Assembly (NCBI GenBank): GCA_010015805.1
Contig: ML978123.1
Span: forward strand, 434,001-498,000
Reading direction: 5' to 3'
DNA: 64,000 nt
DNA from: Rhizodiscina lignyota
Lineage: Eukaryota
The notes under the pieces are model-generated. The model did no database searches. It was not told the origin of the DNA and saw only the letters and a program-made list of their open reading frames with translations. Numbering within the stretch: position 1 is the stretch's first letter; the number at the start of each line of letters is the position of its first letter. Below are positions 24,699 through 35,861 of this stretch, piece after piece. Made by a program: the position numbers and the translations under genes.

Positions 24699-27600
24699 AT
24701 GTCGCTCATACATCCTTCACCGCCAGCACAACCCCCTCCTCACCTTATGCGAGCGAACTCGTACAACGCGCAACAATTGCCCGCGCATTCTCCTCGAGTG
24801 ATGGCTCTGCGTGGCTCTCGTGGTCCACAGCAGCAAAGTTCACGATTACCGCAACAATATGCTCACCCACTTTTACATCGGACGCACTCCTTCGACCCTG
24901 ACTCATCCAGGTCGTCCAGCAACACACCGCACGCCTCGGAACATATGCTCCGAAGAAAAACGCCGAATGGAGTACTATCAGCGGCATACGATGGGACGAC
25001 AGTCGCCCAGAATGACCGACCTCATGCGATGAAGCACATTCTCCTTCCCGTTTCCGAGTCGATAAGCGACACCTCACTCGGATTACCGAACATAACACCA
25101 CGGGACCTACCTCTTCGTTCTTCCGCATCAAATTACACCACAGATGTCTCGTTGGGGAAACAAAGATCGCAGCCCCAGAATCAAGTCTGGGATCCGGGAG
25201 TCCAAGGAGGATTTGGTCCGGAGAACACATGGATGGCCGGCCAGAACCAGAACAACGCACAGATTGATTCCATGCTGAATCAGATCCCTTTGCAGCAACT
25301 CTCGCAACTTCAGCAAAATGGAGTTTTCTATAATTTCATGCCAACTAACATCTCCCCAGCGGGACCGACGATATCGAACGACATTGGACCTTTCGGACCA
25401 TATTGGCCAAATGGACAGTATGTCCCATACCGCCCGGCTGCGTTGAGAGATATGAGATACTATCCGCAATATAGCGGTAATTGGATGAGTCCCGTTCCTA
25501 CGGCAGTGCAAAACTGGTCTGGTGGAATGCCAAATGTCCCAAATGGCGGTCAAAATGCTCTTAACTATCTCAACCAGCCCCAATTTTCCGTGAACATGCT
25601 TGGCATGGGACCTCAAACTCCAAGCAAAGATCAGGCGCCAGCGTTCTATCCACATGATATGCCATTGAACTCTGAGCTTCCTGGACCTCTGGACAAGTTG
25701 AAGACGTACACTATTCTAGATACTTCTGGTCAGACAACTCCACGAGCGACGCAGACACCAGTTCCGGTAGATTTTGGACCGCACTCTTCAAATGCAGCTT
25801 TAAGAGAACGCGTCTTTACTTGGGCCCATTCGGTGTATGTGAATCTGCTGGAATACTTGAAGCACACACGGAGAGCTGCCAACAGCAATCGGCACATCCA
25901 TGGCTATCACCACGCATCAAGACCAAATATCTATCCAAAACCGCCGAGACAACAAAATTATGACTTCCAGACCCATGTCAGCATGCGAAGATCAAGCGAC
26001 CAACGCGTGTCATACCGCCCGCAGCCAGCCCACGCCGGCGTAAATAATGCAAATATAGAGCTCGCCAGTCAAGAGATGCTCCAGCAAGCTAACTCCCCGG
26101 CGTTTGGTTCCAGCCACGCCTGGCCAAGTCAACATGTCCGCGATCCGCGTTCCATGCCGCAGGTGCAGCAGCCATCATGGCCCGGGCAGATGGGTAATAT
26201 GGTCCCGAACAATTCCTATGGGCCTCAGTCAGATAGGCTGCACGTGCTGCGCCGAAGTTCTGGGTCATCGTCTTCGATATCATCCTTTTCAAATCCCAAG
26301 CAGGATAATTCTCCGACCGCTACGGCTATATCCGCAGTGGAGTCCCTGACTGAGCTGTGTCGGGAAAGTGCGTGGCAGTGGATTGAGGGCATCCTGCTGG
26401 GTGGGTGCTTGGCGTACGCTCTAAGTGATTATAACAAAGCTCTGCGATGGTATTCGAAGATACTGGAAATTGACTCGAGGTACGTGCGCTCGCTCCCGAA
26501 CCCTATCGCTGGTATCTTTAACCGGATGTGGGAAATTAGCTTGCTGACACATCGGAACAGTCATGTTGAGGCTATGTCTAACCTCGCTGCAACGTGCCTC
26601 GCCATGAACCGAAAACAGGACGCCGAGCAGCATTGGCTCAAGGCCGTCAAACTGAGGCCAAGCTACTTCGAAGCAGTCGAGCATCTCGTTGGATTGTTGT
26701 GTGGCGATCATCGTGGTAAAGACGCGGTGGGCATCATCGAGTTCGTCGAGCGATCGCTGGCTCTGCCAAGGTCGAACGAAGCTCTGAATGGATTGGACCG
26801 TCTGAGCGAGCGATCAAGCTCGACGGGGAGATCTCCGTCGCTGTCTGATGCCTCGGATCGACCACACTTCGACTATGACGGAGAGAGCGAGCCCGCTTTT
26901 CCTAGCCTGAAGAACTTGCCTGGTTCAGATCAGCCTGGATTCGGATCGAGCGGCTTTGCCATCCCGGGTGCCGACAATGGACGAATGCTGCAGCTTGTTC
27001 ACGCGAAGGGGAACATGCTCTATGCGATGGGCGATAATGCCGGCGCTGCGAAGGCCTTCGAGGGGGCCGTGCTGATAGGGGCAGGCAGGAAGATGAGAGG
27101 AATCGATGGTTTGATCAAGCACATTCTGGATACCGTCTCTCATGACGATACTCCTACGCTTGTTCCCAATAACAAGTCAAGGCCATCGACAGATCCAGTT
27201 CTTCTACCTCCAGACAAAGCTTTGGCTACAGCGCGGCTGTGTTTCCCGAGTCACGGCGAGCTGCCTGGGTTGAAGGACTTGGGCCACGACGAGCGGATTC
27301 GTAAAGCGGCAGTCTCAACAACAAGCAATTCACTGCTTTCTCTTGCGAAAATCTTCCAAGATGGTATGGCATCGAACTCTCCCAAAGCGACAGCGTATCA
27401 GACCACCTATGGCGTTCGCGAGATCTTAGCTCTCTACTACTTATCACTCTCACTTCAGCCGAGCCCGTCAACAGCAAATAACGTTGGAATCTTACTCGCA
27501 AGCGTTCAGCAGACAGTATCTCCAAATCAAGTTGCAGCAAGCAGTGCCAACTCTCCTCGAATCCCCGGCGTTGTGCCTGGCAGCGGCATAGCCTTGGCTC

Positions 27601-29866
27601 TGGCATACTACAACTACGGACTGAACTTGGATTCGCACCACGCGCATCTGTACACTAATCTCGGCAGTCTTCTGAAGGATATCGGCCAGCTCACGGCTGC
27701 GATCAAGATGTACGAACAGGCTGTTGCGTGCGATGGGAACTTCGACATTGCTCTTGCCAATCTGGCGAACGCGGTTAAGGATCAGAATAGGATTGCAGAT
27801 GCAATAACGTACTATCGGAGAGCCGTCCAAGCGAGTCCAGACTTTGCAGAGGCTGTGTGCGGATTAGCCAACGCGTTGAATTCGGTTTGTGGATGGCAGG
27901 GCCGTGGAGGTATCGCGGCTGACGGCGGACGCCGTGATCGCTGGCACGTGGACGATAAGGGGATGCTTCTTGATTCAGCGCTGCCTGGTGCTGTAAGCAC
28001 GGGTTGGATCAAGAGAGTCGTTGATCTTGTGGAGAAACAGCTCGCGGATGGTGAAGATTGGGGCCGAGGCATCATCAATGCCAACTTCTTGGGTCAAATC
28101 ATTCGGATACTACCCGTCTTGAGTGCGAATGAGAAGGACCTGAAAGAGAAAGAGGAGACCGTCAAGACGGCTCTAAGTACTTGGTCTGGCCAGAAGTGGG
28201 AAGGAGCTAGGTTGATCAGATTGGCTGAGCGCGCGATCAGGAGGCTGGGATGGCAATGGTATCAAGACAAGTACGTCGAGAAGAGGGAGCGACCGGCTGC
28301 AACATACGCCAGGCCGTATATTCCGTCGAATCTGACCGTTCCGGCCGCTCCGACCGTCCTGCCGTTCCACACCTTCACCTGCCCGATGTCTGCGAAGCAG
28401 ATTCGACTTATCTCTCAGCGAAACGGCCTCCGTATTTCGTGCTCCACGCTGAAGGCTCCTTGGCTACCACAAATCATCTACAAGCCGCCTGCTCCACCTG
28501 ATCCGTATCTCAAAGTCGGCTACGTCTCGTCCGACTTCAATAACCACCCGCTCGCGCATCTCATGCAGTCGGTCTTCGGTATGCACGACACCAAGCGCGT
28601 CAGAGCGTACTGCTACGCCACAACTGCGAGCGACAACTCAATCCACAGACACCAAATCGAGCGCGAAGCGCCTGTCTTCTATGACGCGAGTAGCTGGGCG
28701 GCTGAGCGACTCGTCAACCAGATTGTCAACGATGGCATCCACATCCTCGTGAATCTGAACGGTTACACCCGCGGCGCAAGAAACGAAGTCTTTGCCGCTC
28801 GTCCAGCTCCAATCCATATGTCCTTCATGGGTTTCGCCGGTACTCTTGGCGCTGAGTGGTGCGACTATCTCCTTGCTGACGAGACTGCTATTCCGCCTTC
28901 CACGCTACGGCCGTGGAGGCGCAACGTCGATTTGGAAGATCAACTCCGTGATGAGAACAGTGGAAGCGAAGAGGAGGACTGGGTGTATGGTGAGAACATC
29001 ATCTACTGCAAGGACACGTTCTTCTGCTGCGACCACCGGCAGAGCGCTCCGGACGCGAAGGGCGAGCAGCTGGATTGGGAGGGTGAGTTGCGCAGACGGT
29101 GGAATATGAGGAAGGAGATCTTTCCACAGCTGCCGGATGACGTTATTATCTTGGGAAATTTCAATCAGCTGTACAAGGTTCGTACCGTCCCTGTCGACTT
29201 TTGTAAAAACTTACTAATTCTCTACTTCAGATCGAACCAACAACCTTCCGCACGTGGCTTCGCATCCTCGCACGCCTGCCCAAGGCAGTCCTCTGGCTCC
29301 TCCGCTTCCCAGACCTCGGCGAGACGCACCTTCGTCAAACAGCAACGCTCTGGGCCGGCGCAGAGGTCGCCAGTCGTATCCTCTTCACTGACGTCGCACC
29401 CAAGCCCACGCATATCGCGCGCGCCCGCGTCTGTGACCTCTTCCTCGACACGCCCGAATGCAACGCGCACACCACCGCCGCTGATGTCCTCTGGTCCGGC
29501 ACCCCGCTCTTAACTCTACCACGGTATCAGTACAAGATGTGCAGCCGCATGGCCGCCTCGATTCTCAAAGGCGCCTTACCCAAGACTCCCGAGGGTGCGA
29601 AGGCTGCGAAGGAATTGGTTGTTCGGGATGAGGACGAGTATGAAGAGGCAGCGGTGCGGTTGGCGAGTGGGTGTCGGTATGAGGCGCACAAGCCGAGGGG
29701 ACGGCTTGCGGAGCTGAGGAGGCTGATATATGGAGGACGATGGGAGGCGCCGCTATTTGATACTAAGCGGTGGGTGAAGGATCTAGAGAGTGCGTACGAG
29801 AAAGCTTGGGAGCGGTGGGTTAAGGGCGAGGGTGGAGACATTTGGTTGGGTAATGCGAAGCGATGA
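24699..29866 (+). CDS. OGT: O-GlcNAc transferase-like protein (TPR repeats + glycosyltransferase family 41)
   Basis: TPR motifs (AHLYTNLGSLLKDIG, IALANLANAVKD, AEAVCGLANA) and GT41 motifs GYVSSDFNNHPLAHLM, VNLNGYTRGAR, GNFNQLYKI, FLDTPECNAHTT. Introns are 26480-26560 and 29178-29230, and the last exon is in frame with ORF 29537-29866. Confidence 0.92.
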
Positions 29867-30779
29867 TGATGGATTTGGTGTACATGCTAAATGATGAGAG
29901 GGAGAACAGAATTTGGAGGAGATACAAGCAAGGAGAGGAAAAGAAAAATTAGGAGGGACGATAGAAACGCGGGCTTGCAGACGATTCGGATCCAGAACGG
30001 CAACCACTTTGTCGGAGGATATCTATTGTTTTTTGAAGAAGAAGACTTGGGACATTTTTTCTCGAAACGAAAAACTACATTAGCGTGGGTGTTGAGGCGC
30101 AAATAGCTGCGTGATGCGCGGCGTGGTTCAACTACCGTAACTGGGAAGAGCTTATCCTTTGTAATGGATGCTCGGCAATTCTGTCGTTTGGAATATACAC
30201 TTCCTTTTCGTTTTGGTCCTTTGGTGAACGGTAGATTATTGAGAATATAAAAGCGAGATTCTGTCTTGTGCTGACGACCAAGGCTCCGACTTTTCACGAA
30301 GAACAACGGAAGTATCTGGAACGAGTCAAGCAACCCAGCTGGTCTGTCCTTTCACTTTTTGCCTTTGGAGGCGACGCCATTATCCAAGCCTCCATTCGAT
30401 CATCTCCGGACTCCACTTGAAGTGCTCGCCGACCTCGGAATTTTCAAATCCTAGTTCTGCTCCTTTTCGACATACCGGGTGCCATCATCAGTCCAGCGCG
30501 CGTTCGATCATTCACAGAATCCTCTCGAAGTGTTTGCCCTGACTTACAAATTGCCATGGCTCTAGCCTTTTGGTCTCCCGCTGCCGTGGTGCAGCTGCAG
30601 CCCGAGCGAGATTCGATGCTTTCAACGAGCTTGCATAGGCAAGGCAGAGTACAGCCTTGCATCTTGATTCCGTTCAGACAACTTTTATCAGCCCTCCCTC
30701 AGTCTTGTCGGTTATATTTCATTCTATCCAATACAGTTGCGTACACAGCTTTAATTAACTAGCCGTCGACACTACAAAC

Positions 30780-32048
30780 ATGTCATTCGGTTTCTCTGTA
30801 GGCGACTTCATAACCGCAGGCGAGCTCATCCTCAAAATCTCGAAAACCTTACGCGAGGCTGGTGGTGCACGATCGGATTTTCAGGAGCTCGTCAGAGAGC
30901 TTGGAGTCCTGCGGAAGGCACTACAGCATCTCGACCGTCTTCCTACGAGTACGTCGTCCACGAGTCTCGACTCGATTAAATATGCGGCGTTGAGCTGCCG
31001 ACAACCGCTCGAAGCGTTCTTGCTGAAGATCAATCGGTATGAGGTGTCGCTTGGTACGCATCACAACAGTCGGGTAATCAGGAGGACGGTAGACAAGTTG
31101 AAGTGGGAATTCGTGAGTAAGGCAGAAGTGCAAAAGCTTCGAGGCTATCTGGAAATACATGTTGGCACTATCAACATACTCCTAGCGGAGCACGGCCTGG
31201 AACGCATGAGTATCATGGAAGAGAAGGCAGAATCAGAGAATCTACATATTCGGGAGAGACTTGACGGGGCCCGCGCCATAGTCGAGGGTATGAAGGGCGA
31301 CGTATCGGCACTATTCGCTGCTGGAAGGTACTCGCAGTCGATGCTTACACAGCTTTCCAATCTTATTACCTGCCAATTCATGCCCTCATGGCGGTCGTTC
31401 ACACAGAAGGTTACCCAAGTCTGGTACGTACCACTGTCATTGATTGTTCTGGGAAAATCTGCCGACTCGACGACTAATGATGTGACAGTGTATGTACACA
31501 ACAGATTTACGGCGTTGTGCTTGAAATTCGACAATCCCTGCAGACTGTTGACACTCGCTGGACGTATTTCCAAGCACCTTTCGTAGTCGAAGATGCACTG
31601 CGCCTCGAGTTCCCTATCCCGTCGGAGTACGACTTTGGTATGATTAAAAACATCATCCAGTATCGCTTCCGCGAAGGTACAGGCGCGCTGCAAGTTAGAA
31701 ACGGTAATTACAAGCTGTTCAGGACAGAAAAGGACCACGACGTCATTACCGAAGATGCTAGGCTTCTGCCGGGGACCGTGATCACGATGGCAATATATTC
31801 GAGTCTGAGTGTGTTCTATAATGAGGAACGTCAATGGAGATACCGTTCATATCATATTGTGGAGTGCGCCTGGTGAGTCTATTGACCTGTAAAGTGATTT
31901 ATCTATGTACTTTTGCTAAAATGAAATGTCGGATAGCCAACACTGTAGAGCCTCTGGATATGGAATTCGAAGCGGAGTTCCAAAATATACGAATACCAGT
32001 ACCGAAGGTAACGAGATGACTCCGACAAGAGAATTTTGTCTTGGATAA
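30780..32048 (+). CDS. Fungal STAND N-terminal (HeLo-like/SesA-type) domain + ubiquitin-like domain protein; 3' end uncertain
   Basis: MSFGFSVGDF... helical N-terminal domain. Intron 31424-31488 joins it to APFVVEDAL.LEFPIPSE...RF..G.G...V..G.Y.L...LLPGTVITM, the fungal ubiquitin-like pattern. A probable second intron is at 31873-31936. Confidence 0.72.
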
Positions 32049-32512
32049 ATGACATTGTCTTAGGTTATAGATTAGATTCCATAGAACGACTCAACTGAGA
32101 GCCAAACTGCAAGATTCGAAACAGTAGAAGTACAGATTTCGAATAGGTTGACTGAGGAAGGAAGCTCTCTATGGGAAGTGCTGGGGTATATACGATACAG
32201 GAGGCGGCTAGTGACGCTGTGATCACCTCCTAACAAGTTGTCAACTCTTGTAATAATAAGCGTAAGAGGAAAACTTTTGCGCAATGAAGGAGGGTTTTGG
32301 ACTGCATCGCCCTTTGCGTTAAAGAACAACTTTGCAGCAAAGAAATGGACTGGCGTACATGTGGCCTTATCTGTCCCCTACAGGCAGCACTCAAAGTACC
32401 TAGGTACATAAAGCAACTGGCGGCTGCTAAAACAATTTCTAGATCTCAAAATTGTACGCTTATTCTGAATATACTCCATTTCATAGTTGAAACCCTCCTG
32501 CTCGAGCTTCCA

Positions 32513-33115
32513 ATGTCCATACGCATATCCTTCCCCGACCTCCAATCCCTGCACACCGAATCCACCGGCCCCTGGGAAGTCGTGACATACGAGACCGCCG
32601 GCGTCGTGCACTTACCACCCTGCAACTATCCATTCGACGACGACGAAGACGGCTGGATACTGCTCTCCGTGCACCCGCTGCGGCGCGATGGCATCGCGTT
32701 GGTGAAATGGTGCACAGCAGTGCCGAGCTGGAAGGCGGTGCCGTTCGACACCGACGCGTGTCCAAAGTTCACGATTGATTATTGGGATGAGAGGTTAGTG
32801 GGGAAAAGGATGGTAGAAGAGGGAGAAGAAAGTGGTGAGATGGTTAGTATTGCTGCATTGGTGTCGAGAAGAGAAGAGGTTGACGCGATGCTTGTTGAAG
32901 ACTTTCCGGATGTCGGACTTGCCGAGTGGGACGCGGTTTATGCCTGGAAGGCCGTTGTTTGACTTTGTGATCGGGAGGTGAGTAAGCGGGCTCGCAAAGC
33001 TAGCTGATTTAGTTTTAAGAATTGATTTAAACGAGCAGCGGTGCTAACCAAGTTGTGCAGGCTAAATGTGTGGAGGGACGAATACGGCATCGTGGAAGGC
33101 GTGAGCTATGGGTAG
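32513..33115 (+). CDS. Unknown N-terminal domain fused to a peptidase inhibitor I78-like domain
   Basis: Exons 32513-32842, 32901-32977 and 33061-33115 give ...WDERLVGKRMVEEGEESGEMTFRMSDLPSGTRFMPGRPLFDFVIGRLNVWRDEYGIVEGVSYG*. Confidence 0.7.
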
Positions 33116-33409
33116 CATCGTATCACCTCAAACCCTTTTGATGAATTGGTTCTTATAGCGCTGCATCTTCTCGGGAGCTTCCGATGTTAATTAAACAAAG
33201 AGTAAAAATATGCAGGATCATTATCGTACACATTCAAATAGGGTTATTGCTGGTTGCGCGGCTTTTGCTGCCTTAATTCCGCGTATGGCTGGGAACTCGT
33301 CCGTGGAAACATAATTTCACATGACACCCATACTCCTCCAAAAGTTGATCTTCCTACTCCAATTACACGCGTTCAAGTCCTGTCTCTAAAAGTCTCTTGT
33401 TCTATCATT

Positions 33410-34066
33410 ATGCCTGTCACAGAGCTAGCAGTCTTCCGCCTCAACCCAGGCATCACTCTCGATCATCCTACCCTTCATAGTCTTCTCTCTCGCGGAAAGG
33501 TAGCAATGGAGTCCTTCCAATCCTCCAAAGGCAACCCCAAGAAATTCTACTTCCTCCAGCAGACCGAGGATCCTTCCTGCATCTACATCGTCGGGTGGTG
33601 GGACTCTGTGGCCGAGCACATGAACGAGTTCATCCCCGCCCCGGAGAACCAGTCTATCATGAATGAGATGAAAGAGGCCAAGCTGGACAGCCTCGACTAC
33701 TTTGGCCATTTTGATTGCGACCAGGAGAAGATTGCTGTCGAGGCACCGGTCGTGTCAGTTGGGATCCATAAGGTTGCGAAGGAAAAGAAGGAGGCATTCG
33801 AGAAGAAATTTGACGAGGTGAAGGGGAAGCTGGACGATTATATGTGGAAGGGGACGAAGCCTGTTGCAGGATGGCGCCTAGATCTGCCGAAGGAAGAAGC
33901 CGAGAGCGAGAATGCAATGGAACAGTTCGTGCTGTTTTGCGGCTGGGACAGTCTCGAGCGGCACACGAAGGACTTTATATCATCAGAGGGGGCTACGGAA
34001 TATAGGCAGATTGCGAAGTTTGTGGATTCATTCGACATCAAACATGCAAGAGTTGTGGAGCTTTGA
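33410..34066 (+). CDS. Dimeric alpha-beta barrel (ABM-like) protein
   Basis: MPVTELA, QQTEDPSCIYIVGWWDSVAEH and VLFCGWDSLERH give two ABM-like repeats; intronless. Confidence 0.8.
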   Translation: MPVTELAVFRLNPGITLDHPTLHSLLSRGKVAMESFQSSKGNPKKFYFLQQTEDPSCIYIVGWWDSVAEHMNEFIPAPENQSIMNEMKEAKLDSLDYFGHFDCDQEKIAVEAPVVSVGIHKVAKEKKEAFEKKFDEVKGKLDDYMWKGTKPVAGWRLDLPKEEAESENAMEQFVLFCGWDSLERHTKDFISSEGATEYRQIAKFVDSFDIKHARVVEL

Positions 34067-34292
34067 TTGAGCGCAGAGAGAGGATTCAATCCGTACAGAA
34101 CGACAATCAGGCAGGAAAGAATCAAATTAGAGACTTAAAAAGAACATTATAGACAATTGATACGGGGAACAGCGGCTCTGGTGGTACAGAAATGCCCATA
34201 AGTATTCTAGACCTTGCAGTGTTCTAGCCGAGTTCGCTTGTCATGTGTATCGGAAACACCAGGAGCGGGACAAGAGAGGGGAACGGGGTATT

Positions 34293-35419
34293 TCAGTGTT
34301 GCTGGTGCTCTCCATCTTCACTACCCTCATCACTGCCGACATCGGTCCAGGAGCTTGGCGTACGTGTTCCACTTATGTGGCTGAACTCAGAAGCTTCGCT
34401 TAGGCCGGCATCACTCAGCAAGTCGATGGCACCAATGTCATCTGCGTTGCTGCCAACCATTGAAGCAGCTGTGGAGAAGCCGTCCTCGACTGGAGTGAGC
34501 GTTCCTGTGGGAGTTGGTGCGTCATGCTCGTCTGGGATGAAGGAATGATGTGAGACTGTTGACGGAGACGACAGAGCGGAATGGAAAGATGCAGACATGG
34601 AGGCCGGGATGGCGGAGTCGTTGACCATCGTCATTTCAAACACGGGCTGTGGCTCGACGTCGACGAGCCGCTCCTCCTCCTGCTGCTGCCAAGCGTGAGT
34701 TGAATCCTCGAGCGTCTGGGTGCTTTCTCGAGACTCCGGCTGTTCCTTTGGCTTGTCCGCATTCTCCATGATGTCCCTATCGAACAGCACCTCTTCATCC
34801 GCAAAAGGGTTCGCAAATGCAGAACCATCAGAGAGCCCTCGTGCACCAGCTCCGCGATGTCTTAGTCCAGTGTCATTTGCACTCGAAGGTTCCGCAGCTG
34901 TCGTATCCGCCCGCAGTGTCCCGTCGCTCCCAACTAACTGATCGAAAGTCTTGCTCCTATCACTTCTATTGTCTCCGTCTCTCCACCTCCTTGCTCTCGC
35001 CGCAGCATCATCTTCACTTTCGCGACCAATGGCCGCAAGCTCATCCAGGTCGACTGCAATGCCATCTTCCCTAGCCTTCCGAATCAACTCATTCCTATTC
35101 CGGCGCACTATCTCGTCTCTCCTCCTCCTTCTAGCAGCTCCTTCGTCACGCTGAGCACCGTGAGACCACTGGCGCGACTCGGGATTATTAGGAGACGGAG
35201 AGTCGATTTCGTCACCAAGGCTGTGGAGGGCGATTGCGATCTTGCGGCGTGAGCGGTCGACCCACGCCCTAACGACGGGGTCTTGGTAGAGTGCGAAACC
35301 GGCGGCGATGACAACGGAAGTGAATATTATAAGGCCTGGATGAGTTGTGTTAGTATAAAGTATGTTTCCTATCTCAGAATGGCTGCAGCCTGGGTACCTT
35401 TCGCTATAGGAGCTGGCAT
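34293..35419 (-). CDS. Conserved fungal hypothetical protein with an N-terminal TM anchor and acidic disordered tail
   Basis: MPAPIAKG, one intron, then LIIFTSVVIAAGFALYQDPVVRAWVDRSRRKIAIALHSLGDEI continuing into ORF 34293-35108 (NPF motif, TPSSWTDVGS). Confidence 0.8.
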
Positions 35420-35861
35420 GGTGGCGGCAGCTCTCAAGGAGCCTCTACGGAACTGGCGGGGTGTCTAGAGGGGCTACTAGGTGTCGCAGCTTTCGTCGGA
35501 CAAGTTTGATGAAAGAGGGATGCAGGTATACGCCTCAGAGTCGGAGTAGGCAGAAGTTAGGTGTCCTGTGGGAAGGTCATATCCAAGGCTGGAGGAGTGG
35601 TCGTGTGAATTACGTCCACCAGTGGGGCCTTCGCTGCGCCACTTCCTGTGGCGTTCACCGAATACGTACCCCGCTTATCGAATAGTGCACCGTCGTCATT
35701 TTATATATAACCGCTTTTAGACTAGTCTAGAATCAAAGTTGAATGCCCGTAGCAGACAGATAAAGCTCGTGTCCATTGAAACATTATGTATGGTTGGAAT
35801 CTATGTACTATCCATTCCAAGAGCAAACCATGTGCAAAAAGGCAAGAATAAGAATGTCAGC

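Noticed and set aside
29178..29513. Ser-rich C-terminus of the 1604-aa ORF in the track
   Set aside because: This is read-through of a 53-nt intron. The real GT41 C-terminus is in another frame (29231-29866).
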